64,000 nucleotides of DNA from Lama guanicoe (taxonomy: Eukaryota). The notes below the pieces were generated by a model that worked only from the letters and a program-made list of their open reading frames with translations, searched no databases and was not told the DNA's origin. The stretch's first letter is position 1. Each line of letters begins with the position of its first letter. This document shows positions 37,631 through 49,338 of this stretch, piece after piece. The translations under genes and the position numbers were made by a program. The stretch is taken from contig MU056262.1 in assembly GCA_013239625.1 (NCBI GenBank), positions 4,783,369 through 4,847,368 on the forward strand, read 5' to 3'.

Positions 37631-40139
37631 AAGCAGAACAGGCAAAGAGCAAGGGAAATTGACCCCAGGAGATCCACTCTCAGATAAGGTACAGGACATA
37701 AATTTGATAAAGCAAACTCTAATCCTGAATACTAAAAAAGCAGTGATGCAAATGAAACATCCAAAATGTGTCTCTGTGTGTGCAGATTTCCGTACACTTC
37801 CTGTACACAGCGACACCCTCGTTGGCAGAGGCACCTGCATTGGACTCTGACATTGCCCATGAATATTCTGATTATAAAATCCCGACTTTTAGGAACCAGA
37901 TGTCCTTAGCAGATTTTACTCAATTTAAGTTTTCGATTTAGTTCTCCTTTGAAAGTTTCAGGGCTGAATTATCATGGATATTTCTAGCTGAGGGTATTTG
38001 AGGTCTATAATTTAGTTGGAGATGAAGGACACCATTTAATGTAGGGAATACGTTCTTGATTCCAGGTTTTATAAAACGTTGTTACCTCTTTCTTTGCTTC
38101 TTTCTTTTTCTCTCATGATCAAGACAAATGTATAAATAATTCTGACAACAGTTTTTCCTTCTTGCCAAAAAATTCTTTTTTCCCCTTGAAAACTGACCAG
38201 TTTCTCTTCAATAATGTGCTTGTGGCAGACCCACATTTTAACATGTTTTCTACAATAAACAGCCCCAGGATGACTATAACTGGGATTGTATTTCCTAGGT
38301 TTCACATTGGAGATGAGATTTTTCATTTGGTATTTGCAACACTTAGAAATACATGTTTTGTCTTGATAATAAAATCAGCACAGGCTTATTAAATACAATT
38401 GGCACTACAGTGAAAACTAGGAATAAGTAAAAATACACACTCACAGTCCTATCGTGTATATTTGTCATTAATACATTAATTTATTCTGCTTTTTAATATT
38501 CCATTCATGTTAAACTTAACATTTTTAATTGGTCTCAGCTGCTGGCTTGCTGCATGACTTATTAATTTTCTTAAGTTGCATACCCTACCCATGACTCTGC
38601 TTCCTTGTCTGTAACACACGGGTCATGATAATGGCTACTTCCTAGATTCCTAAATAGTCCAGGAGATGAAATAAGTAAAACACTTGTAACAGACTTTTCC
38701 CAGTGAAAATTATGACAATGATAATAACCAATCATAATAACAATTTAGATCATTTGAATATTTTTTAAGTGCCAGGCACTGCTCTAGATACATTTTTCCT
38801 CCTCAGGAGACGAAAGATAGTAATAATGTTACAGGAAGATTACTGGCTTCCAGGAGAGTAAAGTCTGGCTTTGGTACTGCTACTTTAAGCTTTCTAACTT
38901 AGGTGAATTCACTACTTCTGACAACATTTCCCAACCACTTTTTAATAAGAGTGTAAAAAAGATGATTTCTGATGACTTTCCTTGCTCTTTGCCCAAACAA
39001 ATATGTCAACTCCTAATCATGAGAGTTACTATAAATTATACCCCAAAGGGCACAGAGAGAAGAGAGAGAAGAGATGGTGATATTTCAGCAGGGTGTGAAT
39101 CAGTGCTGGACTGGAAGAGGCATTTGTTCTAGAAACTCTTGTTCAATGTCTCCGACTCAGTTAGGGATTTAACCTCTCATCATTGCCCTGTTTTAACTCA
39201 TTACTTAACACCAAATATTTGTCTTAAATGTTTGTTTACCTCCCCATACCCTCACACTTTAGAATGGTACATTATTTTTCTCCTTTAAAAATTATAACAG
39301 CAAATGTCTTGTGCTTTTTTTTCAAAAAGGAATCTGTTGCAATTCACTTTTTGCAGACAGGAGAAAAGGTACCATGGCTAAATAGTGGGAGAAAGGAGTT
39401 AAATTAGTGAAAAAAAGAATGAGAAACCCTGTATGCCAGACAGAGATTTAGAGGGGGAAAAGATATAAAAGAAGAAGAAAAGCTGGCAGAAGCTTTATAT
39501 TCATGTGACCACAAAAGGGAAGGTGCCCAAGAACACAAAGGAACGTACATTAAACAGTATTTAGGTTATAATACAGATGGTGATGCAACTGTGCGAGCAA
39601 CTCCTAGTCACACAGCATGTAAGACTCCATTATGATGAGAACTATGAGCAAAAAAGGAAGTAAATGTCTTCAGAGCAGGGCCAATGCATTCTAGTTTTGT
39701 CCATTCCTAGGGGAGATTTGGAGGGATCAAGGAAGACGCATCACAAGCCGGGGGTTGAGTAACCAAGGCAAGTAGTTAGTGCTAAGTACAAAAGGGTTCA
39801 ATTGAGCTTTTATGCACTGCAAGTCCTTTGCTTCCCTTGATGAGTCTTCCCAAGTTATTTTAAGACATTCCAGAAATCTTCCAATCATCTGTGCACTGTC
39901 CTCACTGCCATAATGTGTGGCGGCAAACTCCATGGATTTTGTGACTGGGGAAAGGGGCATCTCCTGTGTTGGTTGCCCATGCCCTTTATCTTAAAAACTA
40001 AGTTAATCCAGGTTCTTACAATTTAAACTGTGTTTCTGGTCATTGGTTACTGCTACCAAGCTTAGCCTATAAGGTTGGGTCGACTCGTGAGTGATGCAAG
40101 TGAAGCAAAATCAACTGATTTGGTACCCATTCTCTCTTT

Positions 40140-40495
40140 TTTGTCTCCAAAATATTACTGAAATATATGAAATATACAGAAAGAGGCGTAAAATGTAAAC
40201 CACTCGGAGTGTTTTCATAAAATATATACATTCATGTAACCAACCAAATCAAGAAACAGAACATTGCTAGAACTGTAGAATTCCCTGATCCAAATGTCCA
40301 TGGTCATACTCCCTAGCCTCCAAAGGGTAACTACTACGAAAACTAAAAAAAACATAAATTATTTCTACCTGTGTGTTTTTTTTTTAATGTAAATGAATGC
40401 AATTACACAAGGTGCACGAGTGGCTAATTCTGCTTAACATCATAATTGTGAGATTCATCCTTGTTGTTGTGCGCTGTTGAAGTTCATTTTTTTTC
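40140..40495 (-). mobile_element. Old L1 (L1MD/ME) 3' end
   Basis: catgtaaccaaccaaatcaagaaacagaacattgc…gtgagattcatccttgttgttg. Confidence 0.8.
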
Positions 40496-41167
40496 ACTCT
40501 CACTTCAAGGTCAGCCAGAGGTGACCTACTGGGTCCTCTCTTTCCCTGGGTCTTCCTGGGCACATGAGCAGTCCTGTGCATGGACACAGACTTCCTAGAC
40601 TCCCAGGAATAAGTCAGTTTTTCAAATTCTCCTGTGGTCATCTTGTTCACCAGGTCTTACTCTCAGATTTCTGACCGAGCTCTCGTTGGGCCCAACCAAA
40701 GTCACAGTCTTAGGTAGCAGCAATATGAGTAATTGAGTTGCTTTGTCTTTTCTTGGTGACCCCTGAGAATGGGGCTTTTCCAGGGAGTGTCAAGACTTGT
40801 TACAATACAGGCTGTACTCTGGGGATAGGGCTTTCAAAGGCCTCCAAAGGAGGTCAGCCCTTCTGCTGGCTGTACGGTCACTGGAGTCTCACAACTAACG
40901 GCTCCACCAAGCTGAAGAGGACGAGGATAGGATTAGTCCCAAGTCTAAGCACCACAAGTCCCGCTGTCCTTACGGGGAGCCAGCAGTGTTTCTTGGTGAC
41001 CTTCAGTTTTGTTTTGTTTTGTTTTCCTGGAATAAATCTAGTTTATTCCATGCCTTTAATTCATTTCCAGAGCTCTCAAAGGGTAGATTTTGATAGTTTC
41101 ATTAGTATTTCACTGCTTTTTCAAGTAGCAGATTCATCAAGGCTCTAACCCCACCATTCTGGAAGTC
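40496..41167 (-). mobile_element. L1MD/L1MC-type 5'UTR (extreme 5' end)
   Basis: Minus strand starts gacttccagaatggtgggg…aactatcaaaatctaccctttgagagctctggaaat, resembling recalled L1MDa 5' consensus. Confidence 0.75.
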
Positions 41168-42179
41168 CTGTCTGACCAACAGCATTTAAACGTCTGCAAA
41201 ATTTTTCCAAGGGAGCCAACACATTAGCAGCTATTGTTTCAGAGTTAAAGACAGGCCTTTGCCAGGACTTCTCTTCCTCTGTTTCCCTTATACATGTTAT
41301 ACGTAATGTGCTTTAAAGGGGGATGTTAATTATGTACACGCACAACAAAATTTGAACCTTGGAAATGAGCAACGCTGATTTAGAAAAAATAGTCATTTGA
41401 TCTAAATAAAAAGTCATGTTTCACAGATGAATATATAAACAAACTTTTTACTGGTCCATGTGATGAACTGTCATTTTTGTGCTCAGATTTTCAAAAATAA
41501 GTGCTAAATTCTAAAGCTGATGCTGACGATTTTGAGTAGATTTTGGTTTGCTAATTTTCATATAGCCAGTGGTATCACTGTAATCTCAACATTGAGAAGT
41601 AAATGTTGACAAATGTTATGTACCTCTCAGACTTTCATCACCCATCTTGTGAACTGGAAATTTGGTAACTAACTTTTTATTAGAAATATATTTTATTTTC
41701 TAGGTCATTAATTCCAAGATAACTAACTTTAATAAATTGTAAAAGTGTGATTCATCAATAATGTAAACATATTTGTAAGTGATTTAAAATTGACAAAACT
41801 ACTGATAATCAACCACTTGTGACCACCCCCTATAAAAAGTACTTTCATATGGTTTGCAACGTATGATAAATTACTAAACCACTAAAGAAAGTATGCTGTT
41901 CATAGATTTAATACAGTAATATGTAGCCTTTATTTTCCCAGTGTATTTTACACATGATGTTCTTGAAAGGGAGAGGCTGATTAAGTTACAATTGTAAAGG
42001 TACAGGAAGGGAAAAATGGATCGTCACTCGTTGCTATTCAGTTTAACTGAATTGAGAGAACTCTGTTTTTGAGACATACGTCACATACACTATTACACAA
42101 AAATATGGCAGAAAATGAAAGTCAAAATATATGTCTCAAAATCCACTCAAGTTTATTTTAATTCAGTTATAAAAAATAA

Positions 42180-42260
42180 ATCTGGGACAAATGCTAAGCC
42201 AAATAACATAGCAGGTATAAACCAGGACTATCCCAGGAAAACCAAGACTTATGTTCGCAG
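42180..42260 (+). mobile_element. MER94-like hAT-Blackjack fragment
   Basis: caggtataaaccaggactatcccaggaaaaccaagacttatg. Confidence 0.6.
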
Positions 42261-44395
42261 CATCCAGAAACATTTGAAAAGGTGCCCAACTTCACCATCA
42301 TCCAGGACATGCAAATTAAAAACAACTCTCTTTTGAAAAGTGATCTTCTATCTGAACAGTTTATTGTTTTCACCACCTAACTCTGCCTCTCTGCTTCTGC
42401 CCGTGCCCCACTACCATCTCAACAGGGGAGTTTGTTGTTGTTGATTTTTTTTGATACTCTTATTTGTTGCGATATTCTTAGAGAATAGAATAAGTTCCTG
42501 ACAAGAAGTATTTATTCAATTAATATTTATCAATTGATGCAGTAAATAAATTAATGCCAAGAAATATGAATAAATTAAGCAGACAGAACAGCTTCAAATA
42601 TCCAAGCTCACTTTTTTTTTTTTGTCTGTGTGGTTAAACTTAAGTAAAATGCATTAGTTGTAACTGACATTCTGAATGGCTCAATGAGATGGTACTGAGT
42701 GTACCACTGGAGTACAATGAGTTAAGTACCCAGCTGAATTATTTGGGACTCACTAAAATACCTTACTTCTTGTTTGAAATATCCAAATGTAGTTTATATT
42801 GATAATAATTATTTGCGAGCATGAATTTTTTAGCTTTTGTACATAATTCAGAGCAAAATAAATATAGTAAATATCTAGCAGTAAGAAGACTGTGGTGACT
42901 CATGATTCATAGCAAAGTGATTTGAGAAAAGATATTTAGAAAAGTTTTCTAAGAAAAATTATTTAAAATCCACTGGAGTGGAAATAAGTAAGACTGTATG
43001 ACTGATTTGTCCTACTTTGGACAATGTGCACAATGGTCTTGGATAAATGACTTGATTTCTCTGGAATTCTTTAAAATGATTATTTATATTTTATTAAGTT
43101 TATATATTAAGATTACTTATATATATAAAAAGTGATGGATATTGATTAAAATATGTTAAGGACTCCAGCAGTATAAAGGAGGTTATGACTTTAAAGATTT
43201 CCTTGAAGAATGAATTTAGATGTTGTCAAAAATTTTAGCCTCATGTTATTATATGGGCATAAATAGTGTACACAGGTTGCTGCCAGAGAATTACATTGTT
43301 ATCTAAAATCTACTATTTACAAGTGAATTAATTAATCCCACCTAACCACTCAGTATAGGACCTTCCACTCTAGTATTTCCAACATGTAGTTTTTCTTGTC
43401 AGTAACTATGAGTAAAGAAGTGTTTGAGAACACATGCATAGGAATGCTTCCATTAATCCAGAAACATCGTATAGTTGGTGAATAGGCAGTTCATTAATAT
43501 GATGTATTTCAATGCTCCTATTAAATATATCTTTCAGATTTTGGGTTACAAAGTTGATCCTTTTCAAAAAAAAAAAACTTGGACAGTTTGTATGTGAACT
43601 TGCTCAAATAAGAATAAGAAGATATCTGCATTGAATTCTTTAATTATTGGCTGACACTTCTGTTCTGTTTGTATGAACAGAACTCCTAAGGTTGTTACTG
43701 AAGTCATCTTGCAAGGACTGTTATTTTTAAAGCCTGACTTATATGGGTCACATGGGATGGGTCAGCGATACACTATGGCTGATGCTGCTTCTGCTACTGT
43801 AGAGAAAAGTAAATGAGTCTTCAAGGAACTGGTGGAAAGAGCTATAGAGTATTTTCTTGTTGTTATTTTCTATATTTCCATCACATGCTGAAAATAATTT
43901 TAAAAATTGAATCTCTGTTCATTTAAATATATCTCAAATGATTACTTATCCCATAAGAACATAAAGATTATGTTTAAAAAAAGTTGGAAAAGACAAAAAC
44001 AAATTCAGAAAGTCATATGAATAATATAACTACATCTGCGTTTTATCAATAAAACTTGATGAGGCAGAAATTGTATTTTCTCCCGGAGGCACTGGAACTA
44101 GTGTACTCATAATGCTATGATTGTCTTCCTGGTGTCATGAACGAGGTTAAAAACTGTATCTACAGCATTATTCCCAGCATCCAGAATACTAATGCACTAG
44201 CAGGGGGTTACCTCTTCTGGGCTGGAAGGATTGAATTTGGGAAAATGAGAGGGATGTGGGTAATTAATCTAATTCAGACACCTGAAAACTCTTGAGAAAT
44301 AAACACTACCTAGGTAAAGTTTTTCCTTTCTCCTAGAGTTCAGTCTTTTCCATAAGACTGACAATGCAGGCTCAGTCTGATCTACAGATGCACAT

Positions 44396-44585
44396 CAACA
44401 TGTCTCAAATTGTGCTTCAAGGAAAAGTGATATGAGAATCACTTGAAAAGCGAATTAAAATGCAGATTCCTGGCCACACCCTCATAAGTAATGACTCATA
44501 ATCTCTGGGAGAGAGCCTAGATATCTGCAGCTTTTACTAGCTTCCCTGGTGATTCTGCTATACACTGAAGAATATGAAATACTCT
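44396..44585 (+). mobile_element. MER5B-like MITE (1 of 3 in tandem)
   Basis: gagaatcacttg…ttaaaatgcagattcctgg…tccctggtgattctg. Confidence 0.75.
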
Positions 44586-44593
44586 ACTACATT

Positions 44594-44784
44594 CAGTGGT
44601 TCTCAGACTTTACCATGTGCCACAATTCCCTGGAGGACTTACTTGTTAAAACACAGATTTCTGCTCCCACCACAGAGTTCTGATTTGTCATGTGTTGGGT
44701 GGAATTTGGGAGCTGGCATTTCTAACAAATTCTCCAGTGAGACTTGACACTTAGTATCAACGAACCACAGTTTGAGAACCATTG
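44594..44784 (-). mobile_element. MER5A MITE (2 of 3), TIRs CAGTGGTTCTCA…TGAGAACCATTG
   Basis: 11/12-nt terminal inverted repeat and MER5A internal motifs. Confidence 0.88.
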
Positions 44785-44793
44785 GCTTTACAA

Positions 44794-44970
44794 CAATGCT
44801 TTTCAAACTGAAGCCAGCACAAAAATTCACCTGGAGATTTTGTGAAAACAATGATTCTGGGGCCCTTCCTCCAGAAATTCTGACCCAGTAAGTCTTCAGT
44901 AGAGCCTGATAATTTATATTTCTAACTAGTGCCTAGATAATGACTTATGCTGCTGGGTTGAGAACCATAA
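44794..44970 (-). mobile_element. MER5A1-like MITE (3 of 3)
   Basis: caatgcttttcaaact…cacctggag…gattctgggg…ttgagaacca. Confidence 0.75.
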
Positions 44971-46698
44971 ATCTTAACTTTATTAAACACTTGGACTATA
45001 AAATTAGATCAATCAATTACTTTTCTCCTGGTTTGCCCATCCATTTACAGCTCACCAAAAGGAGGAAAAATACTAAGAGAAAAAAGGTGTTTGTCTTCCA
45101 CTCCATTACAGCAGAGCAATTATGAGCAAATTGTGTTCTAGAGGGCAGCTGCTGGCCACCTGGGTTGGCCATGTCGGAAGCCCCCCTCATCATAAATAAG
45201 AAAAACTTAACCTCTTGTAAATCCTCCTTTTCACCCAGCTAGCTCTCCCAGAGCCTCATTCTGATTGTGTGATTTTACACTCCATTGGCTGGGACTGAAA
45301 AAATAGATATATCAAGTGCCTATCAGTTTATCTGTTACCATAGATTGCCCTTTGTCTAGGTGCGGTGTGCGAAGCTGACCAGCAGGATGCGTAGTTGAGT
45401 TGGAATTTTTAAATCAAAATAAAATGAGATAAAATATATCCAAATGATGACTGCTATTAGGAAGAGATAAATATATGATTTAAAATGTGAATAAAATTTA
45501 AAAAAAAATTTAAAAAAAATTGTATTAATTCCAAGTAAATGCACTGAGAAATTTTTCATTTTTTTGAAAATAATCATTTCTGTTGCATTTAACAGAACAA
45601 TTGATAGCAAATTAATGGAAAATTATATACATTTTGAGGGCAAAAAAATCACAAATTAGGTAGTTTACAAAAGTAATCAATGAAAGATAATCTATTACTT
45701 TTTTCCTAAAATGATTCCTTGCTAGTCATGTGAAATGCAGTCAGTGGTGCAAAATGCAAGCAAATAGAGTATGTGATGAATGTACTGTTTCTGAAATTTT
45801 AATAAACGAAAGAAGCCACCATGATAAGAAAACAATGTCATTGCAGATGATGTATTTATCTGTATGTAAGTATAGTGAGAAAGATGGCCTCAAAATATTT
45901 TTTTTTTAACATGGTTTAGGAGATCTGCCATGGGCCAAAACAAAGTTCAATTTCTTGGTAATGCCATTTCTCAAAATTGAGCAAATATGATTCTGGTCAT
46001 GAATAATATTAGTTGTATCTTTTCCTAAAAGTTTTCAACTTAAAGGGAATGTCTTATCACTACACCCAACATACACAACCATGGCAAGCATGAAAATGCA
46101 GCTCTGGTTTTACACTGAATATCAATGCGAGAATTAGATAGACAGAAATAGATTTATGCAAAGTGAAAGTGAGTGAAACATATTTTAGAACACGTTAACC
46201 AAGTTTCAGTCATAAACAAACAGGAGACAGAAAGTTACACGAGGTACAATTCAAAATCTCATTTAACTGTCAGAACAATTTGCAAGAAATTCATTTTATA
46301 AATGAAAATGCTGTAGAAGGAGGACAGGCTAATATTTGGTTCACCTGGTAGCTTATAGAAATTACGACTAGCTCTTTATGTATGTTATCTAATTTCACTT
46401 TCAGGATGATAATCTATGAAATGGACCTCTGGGAAGTGGAAGCAACTCTGTCAGTTCGGAAAAATACCCTCTTCAATGTTCTGGAGCATATTCAAGGTGC
46501 TAGCACCTGGAAAGTGATTAACACTGCACCTGGCATTTAAAAGGTGCTCAGTACACGCCTCCTTTTTTTTTTTTTTAAAAGAATCTTGCCCTGACATTTT
46601 TCCTTCATTCATTCCCCCTCTCTCTCTAATATATATATAGTCTATATATAGACATACATATATACATATATATATACACAGATACCTACACACATATA

Positions 46699-47190
46699 TA
46701 GGCATTCCTAATTTAATTGCATTTTATTTTGTTGAGCTTCNNNNNNNNNNNNNNNNNNNNNNNNNNNNNNNNNNNNNNNNNNNNNNNNNNNNNNNNNNNN
46801 NNNNNNNNNNNNNNNNNNNNNNNNNNNNNNNNNNNNNNNNNNNNNNNNNNNNNNNNNNNNNNNNNNNNNNNNTTACAAACGTATTATTGTTATTGTTATA
46901 TTTGATATGGTGATGTGTGATCAGTGATCTTTGATGTTACTACTGCAAAAAGATTATAATTTGCTGAAGGCTCCGATGATGGTCAGCATTTTTTAGCAAT
47001 GAAGTATTTTTTGATTAAAGTATGTACTTTTTAAGATATGCTGTTACTACACACTTACTAGACTACAGTAGATTGTGAACATAACTTTTACATGCACTGG
47101 GAAATCAAAAATTGGTATGATTGGCTTTATTGTGATATTTGCTTTATTGCAATGGTCAAGAACTCAACCCACATCTCCAAGGTATACCTA
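46699..47190 (+). mobile_element. Tigger1-derived non-autonomous DNA transposon (internally deleted, ~490 bp including gap)
   Basis: Ends taggcattcct…/…aggtataccta with TA flanks; atggtgatgtgtgatcagtgatctttgatgttacta and gctgaaggctccgatgatggtcagcattttttagcaat are Tigger1 motifs. Confidence 0.88.
46741..46872. other. Assembly gap (132 N) inside a Tigger1-type element
   Basis: Run of N in sequence. Confidence 0.99.
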
Positions 47191-47204
47191 TACATACTAT
47201 ACAT

Positions 47205-47206
<2 letters not shown>

Positions 47207-47237
<31 letters not shown>

Positions 47238-47260
47238 TGTCTGTCTATCTATCTATCTAC
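47207..47260. repeat. Compound (TG)n(TCTG)n(TCTA)n microsatellite
   Basis: Visible repeat. Confidence 0.92.
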
Positions 47261-49184
47261 CTAGTGTATGCATATGCAGCGGTACCGTTTGCTCTATATG
47301 GGATAACAAATTTATATTTTTGTTCTTTTAGTATGAGAAATTCAGTACAGAGGCTGGTGATTTAAAAAATTCTAATGTATAGACTTCAGAAAGATATTTC
47401 TGAAATGATGCAGTTATGAACTTGTGCCCTCCATGCATAAAATATTGCATTTATATCAGCAATGATCCTTTGTCCACATCTAAAGTGTTCTCAAATGATA
47501 TAAATTTGTATTTATAAGATAATGAGATTGGTTTAAAATTCTGCTTCTCAAACTTCTAGAAACATAATGTGCTGGCAAATTTATCTACAGGGATATAAAG
47601 CCTACGTTAAAACACATCACTGATGGCATTGATTATTTACATTCAGGTAAACATAGAGGTAATTAAAATACATACTACATATTTCAATTTTATTGCTAAT
47701 TCTGTATAGTAACATGAAATGGTGCTGGTTTTCAAGCAACTGTCCTATTTATGGGATCTTTTCCTGAAATGTATCATGATTCTTCCAAGGGCTGAGTAAG
47801 CTGGAAAAGAAAAAGCAATTGTTAAACCTGGTCACTAAAGATGTATTTCCAAAAGCCAATAGTCAGATAAAATTTTAGGAGATTATGATAATATTGATCA
47901 GTAGTTTTAAGATAATGTTCTCTTGCATCAATAGCAATAAAAGATGGGTGAGAAAAGATTAGATACTCCGTGACAGGAGACTGTCTTGGGAAATATGTGT
48001 ACAGATCCATTTTTAATTTTGGAGATTCTATAATTCATTTTCATTTCAGCTCACAATACGATGATAGTGGCTTGCCAGAAAAATGCTATTGGGATTACTT
48101 GTTTATACAATTTTCTGTAGTAAATGAATTGATCTTTCCACTTATTTGATTTCTGACGATGGCATTTGTCATGTTTCCTTAGGACTGCAATCCAAATTTT
48201 AAGAAACCTCTGGCATGATAAGTGACAGGAAAAATCATGAAAGCTTGTTTTTAGCATACTTCTTGATGGATGTTATCATTATTTATTTTATTTGTGTAAA
48301 GGTTTTTATTTAGGCATACTTAAACACTTTTCTACCTAGGGGAAAATATTTTTAAATAATTAAGGCATTAAACAATTTATTGGGGTAGGACTCTTGCTTT
48401 ACTTCTTTCCCCAATACTGAAACTTTCAGAAGCTACAGTGTAGCTTAATCATATCAAGAAGGACCTTTCTTCATGTTGAGAGCTAGGAAAACCCACATGG
48501 CAAAACTAAAAAGTGGTAGAGTTCAGGCATGGATGGCTTGACTGGGCTAGGGCTGAGGGGGCAGGAGAAAATACGGTCAAATGCCTTTAAAATATATGTA
48601 ACAAATATAAAGGAAAAATAAGCATTTAAACCCGGGCTATAGAAGTGGAGCCTCAACATTGAGTGTGGGATAATTGGACTGATAGAAGCCTGTTTATCTT
48701 GATAGTGTGATGATTTTTGAAGGCAGCATTCTTAGGTACAATTTCGAACTGTGCCATCTCCCAGCTTCCTGACCCGGGGCAACTGATTCATTTCATTTCT
48801 GTATTTCAAATTAGTGATGTCTAAACTGAGAGTCATAATGGCCCTGAAATACATATTTGTTATGAGGGTTGGCAAAGATGATGGTGATGATGATGCTGGT
48901 GATGATGATGACCTCAGAGGCCATTATGAAATTTTCCCTTAGAAAGTAGAATGCGCCACTAGTAAGAAAGAGGAAATCACCAACAACTTATCCAGCTATG
49001 CCTGGTAGTATCTTCTGGCAAACACACCTTTTTACTTTACTTTTTTAAACTCCAGATATCTCTCTGGATTCCTCCCAACCCCGTGACTCCTCAGTCTTAG
49101 CTCAGGTGGCTACATCCTATTTCATGTGACGGGAAGTAGCACGTCAGGGAACGTCAGACAGTCCTTGGGGGAGCGGGAGGCGGG

Positions 49185-49338
49185 CTTGCTTTACACCACT
49201 TGCCGATTTCTGAGGTATTAATATTCCCAACATAAGCAACTGTAAGCTACCATCGGTTTGTCAATCACTTCACAAAACACTTAAAAATTTAACAATTGAC
49301 TTCTATAAGCCAATGTGAGCTGACTCTAGTCACACTAG
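49185..49338 (-). mobile_element. MER63-type hAT-Blackjack MITE
   Basis: tgccgatttctgaggtattaaatattccc…aagctacc…aaaatttaacaattgact. Confidence 0.7.

Noticed and set aside
40738-41148. 136-aa ORF
   Set aside because: Lies antisense within an L1 5'UTR remnant; chance ORF
460-44500. Scattered AP-1 heptamers (TGACTCA/TGAGTCA)
   Set aside because: Occur at about chance frequency and are not clustered
45138-45149. CTCF-like CTAGAGGGCAGC
   Set aside because: Lacks the upstream CCA/CCG part of the core motif; too weak without ChIP data
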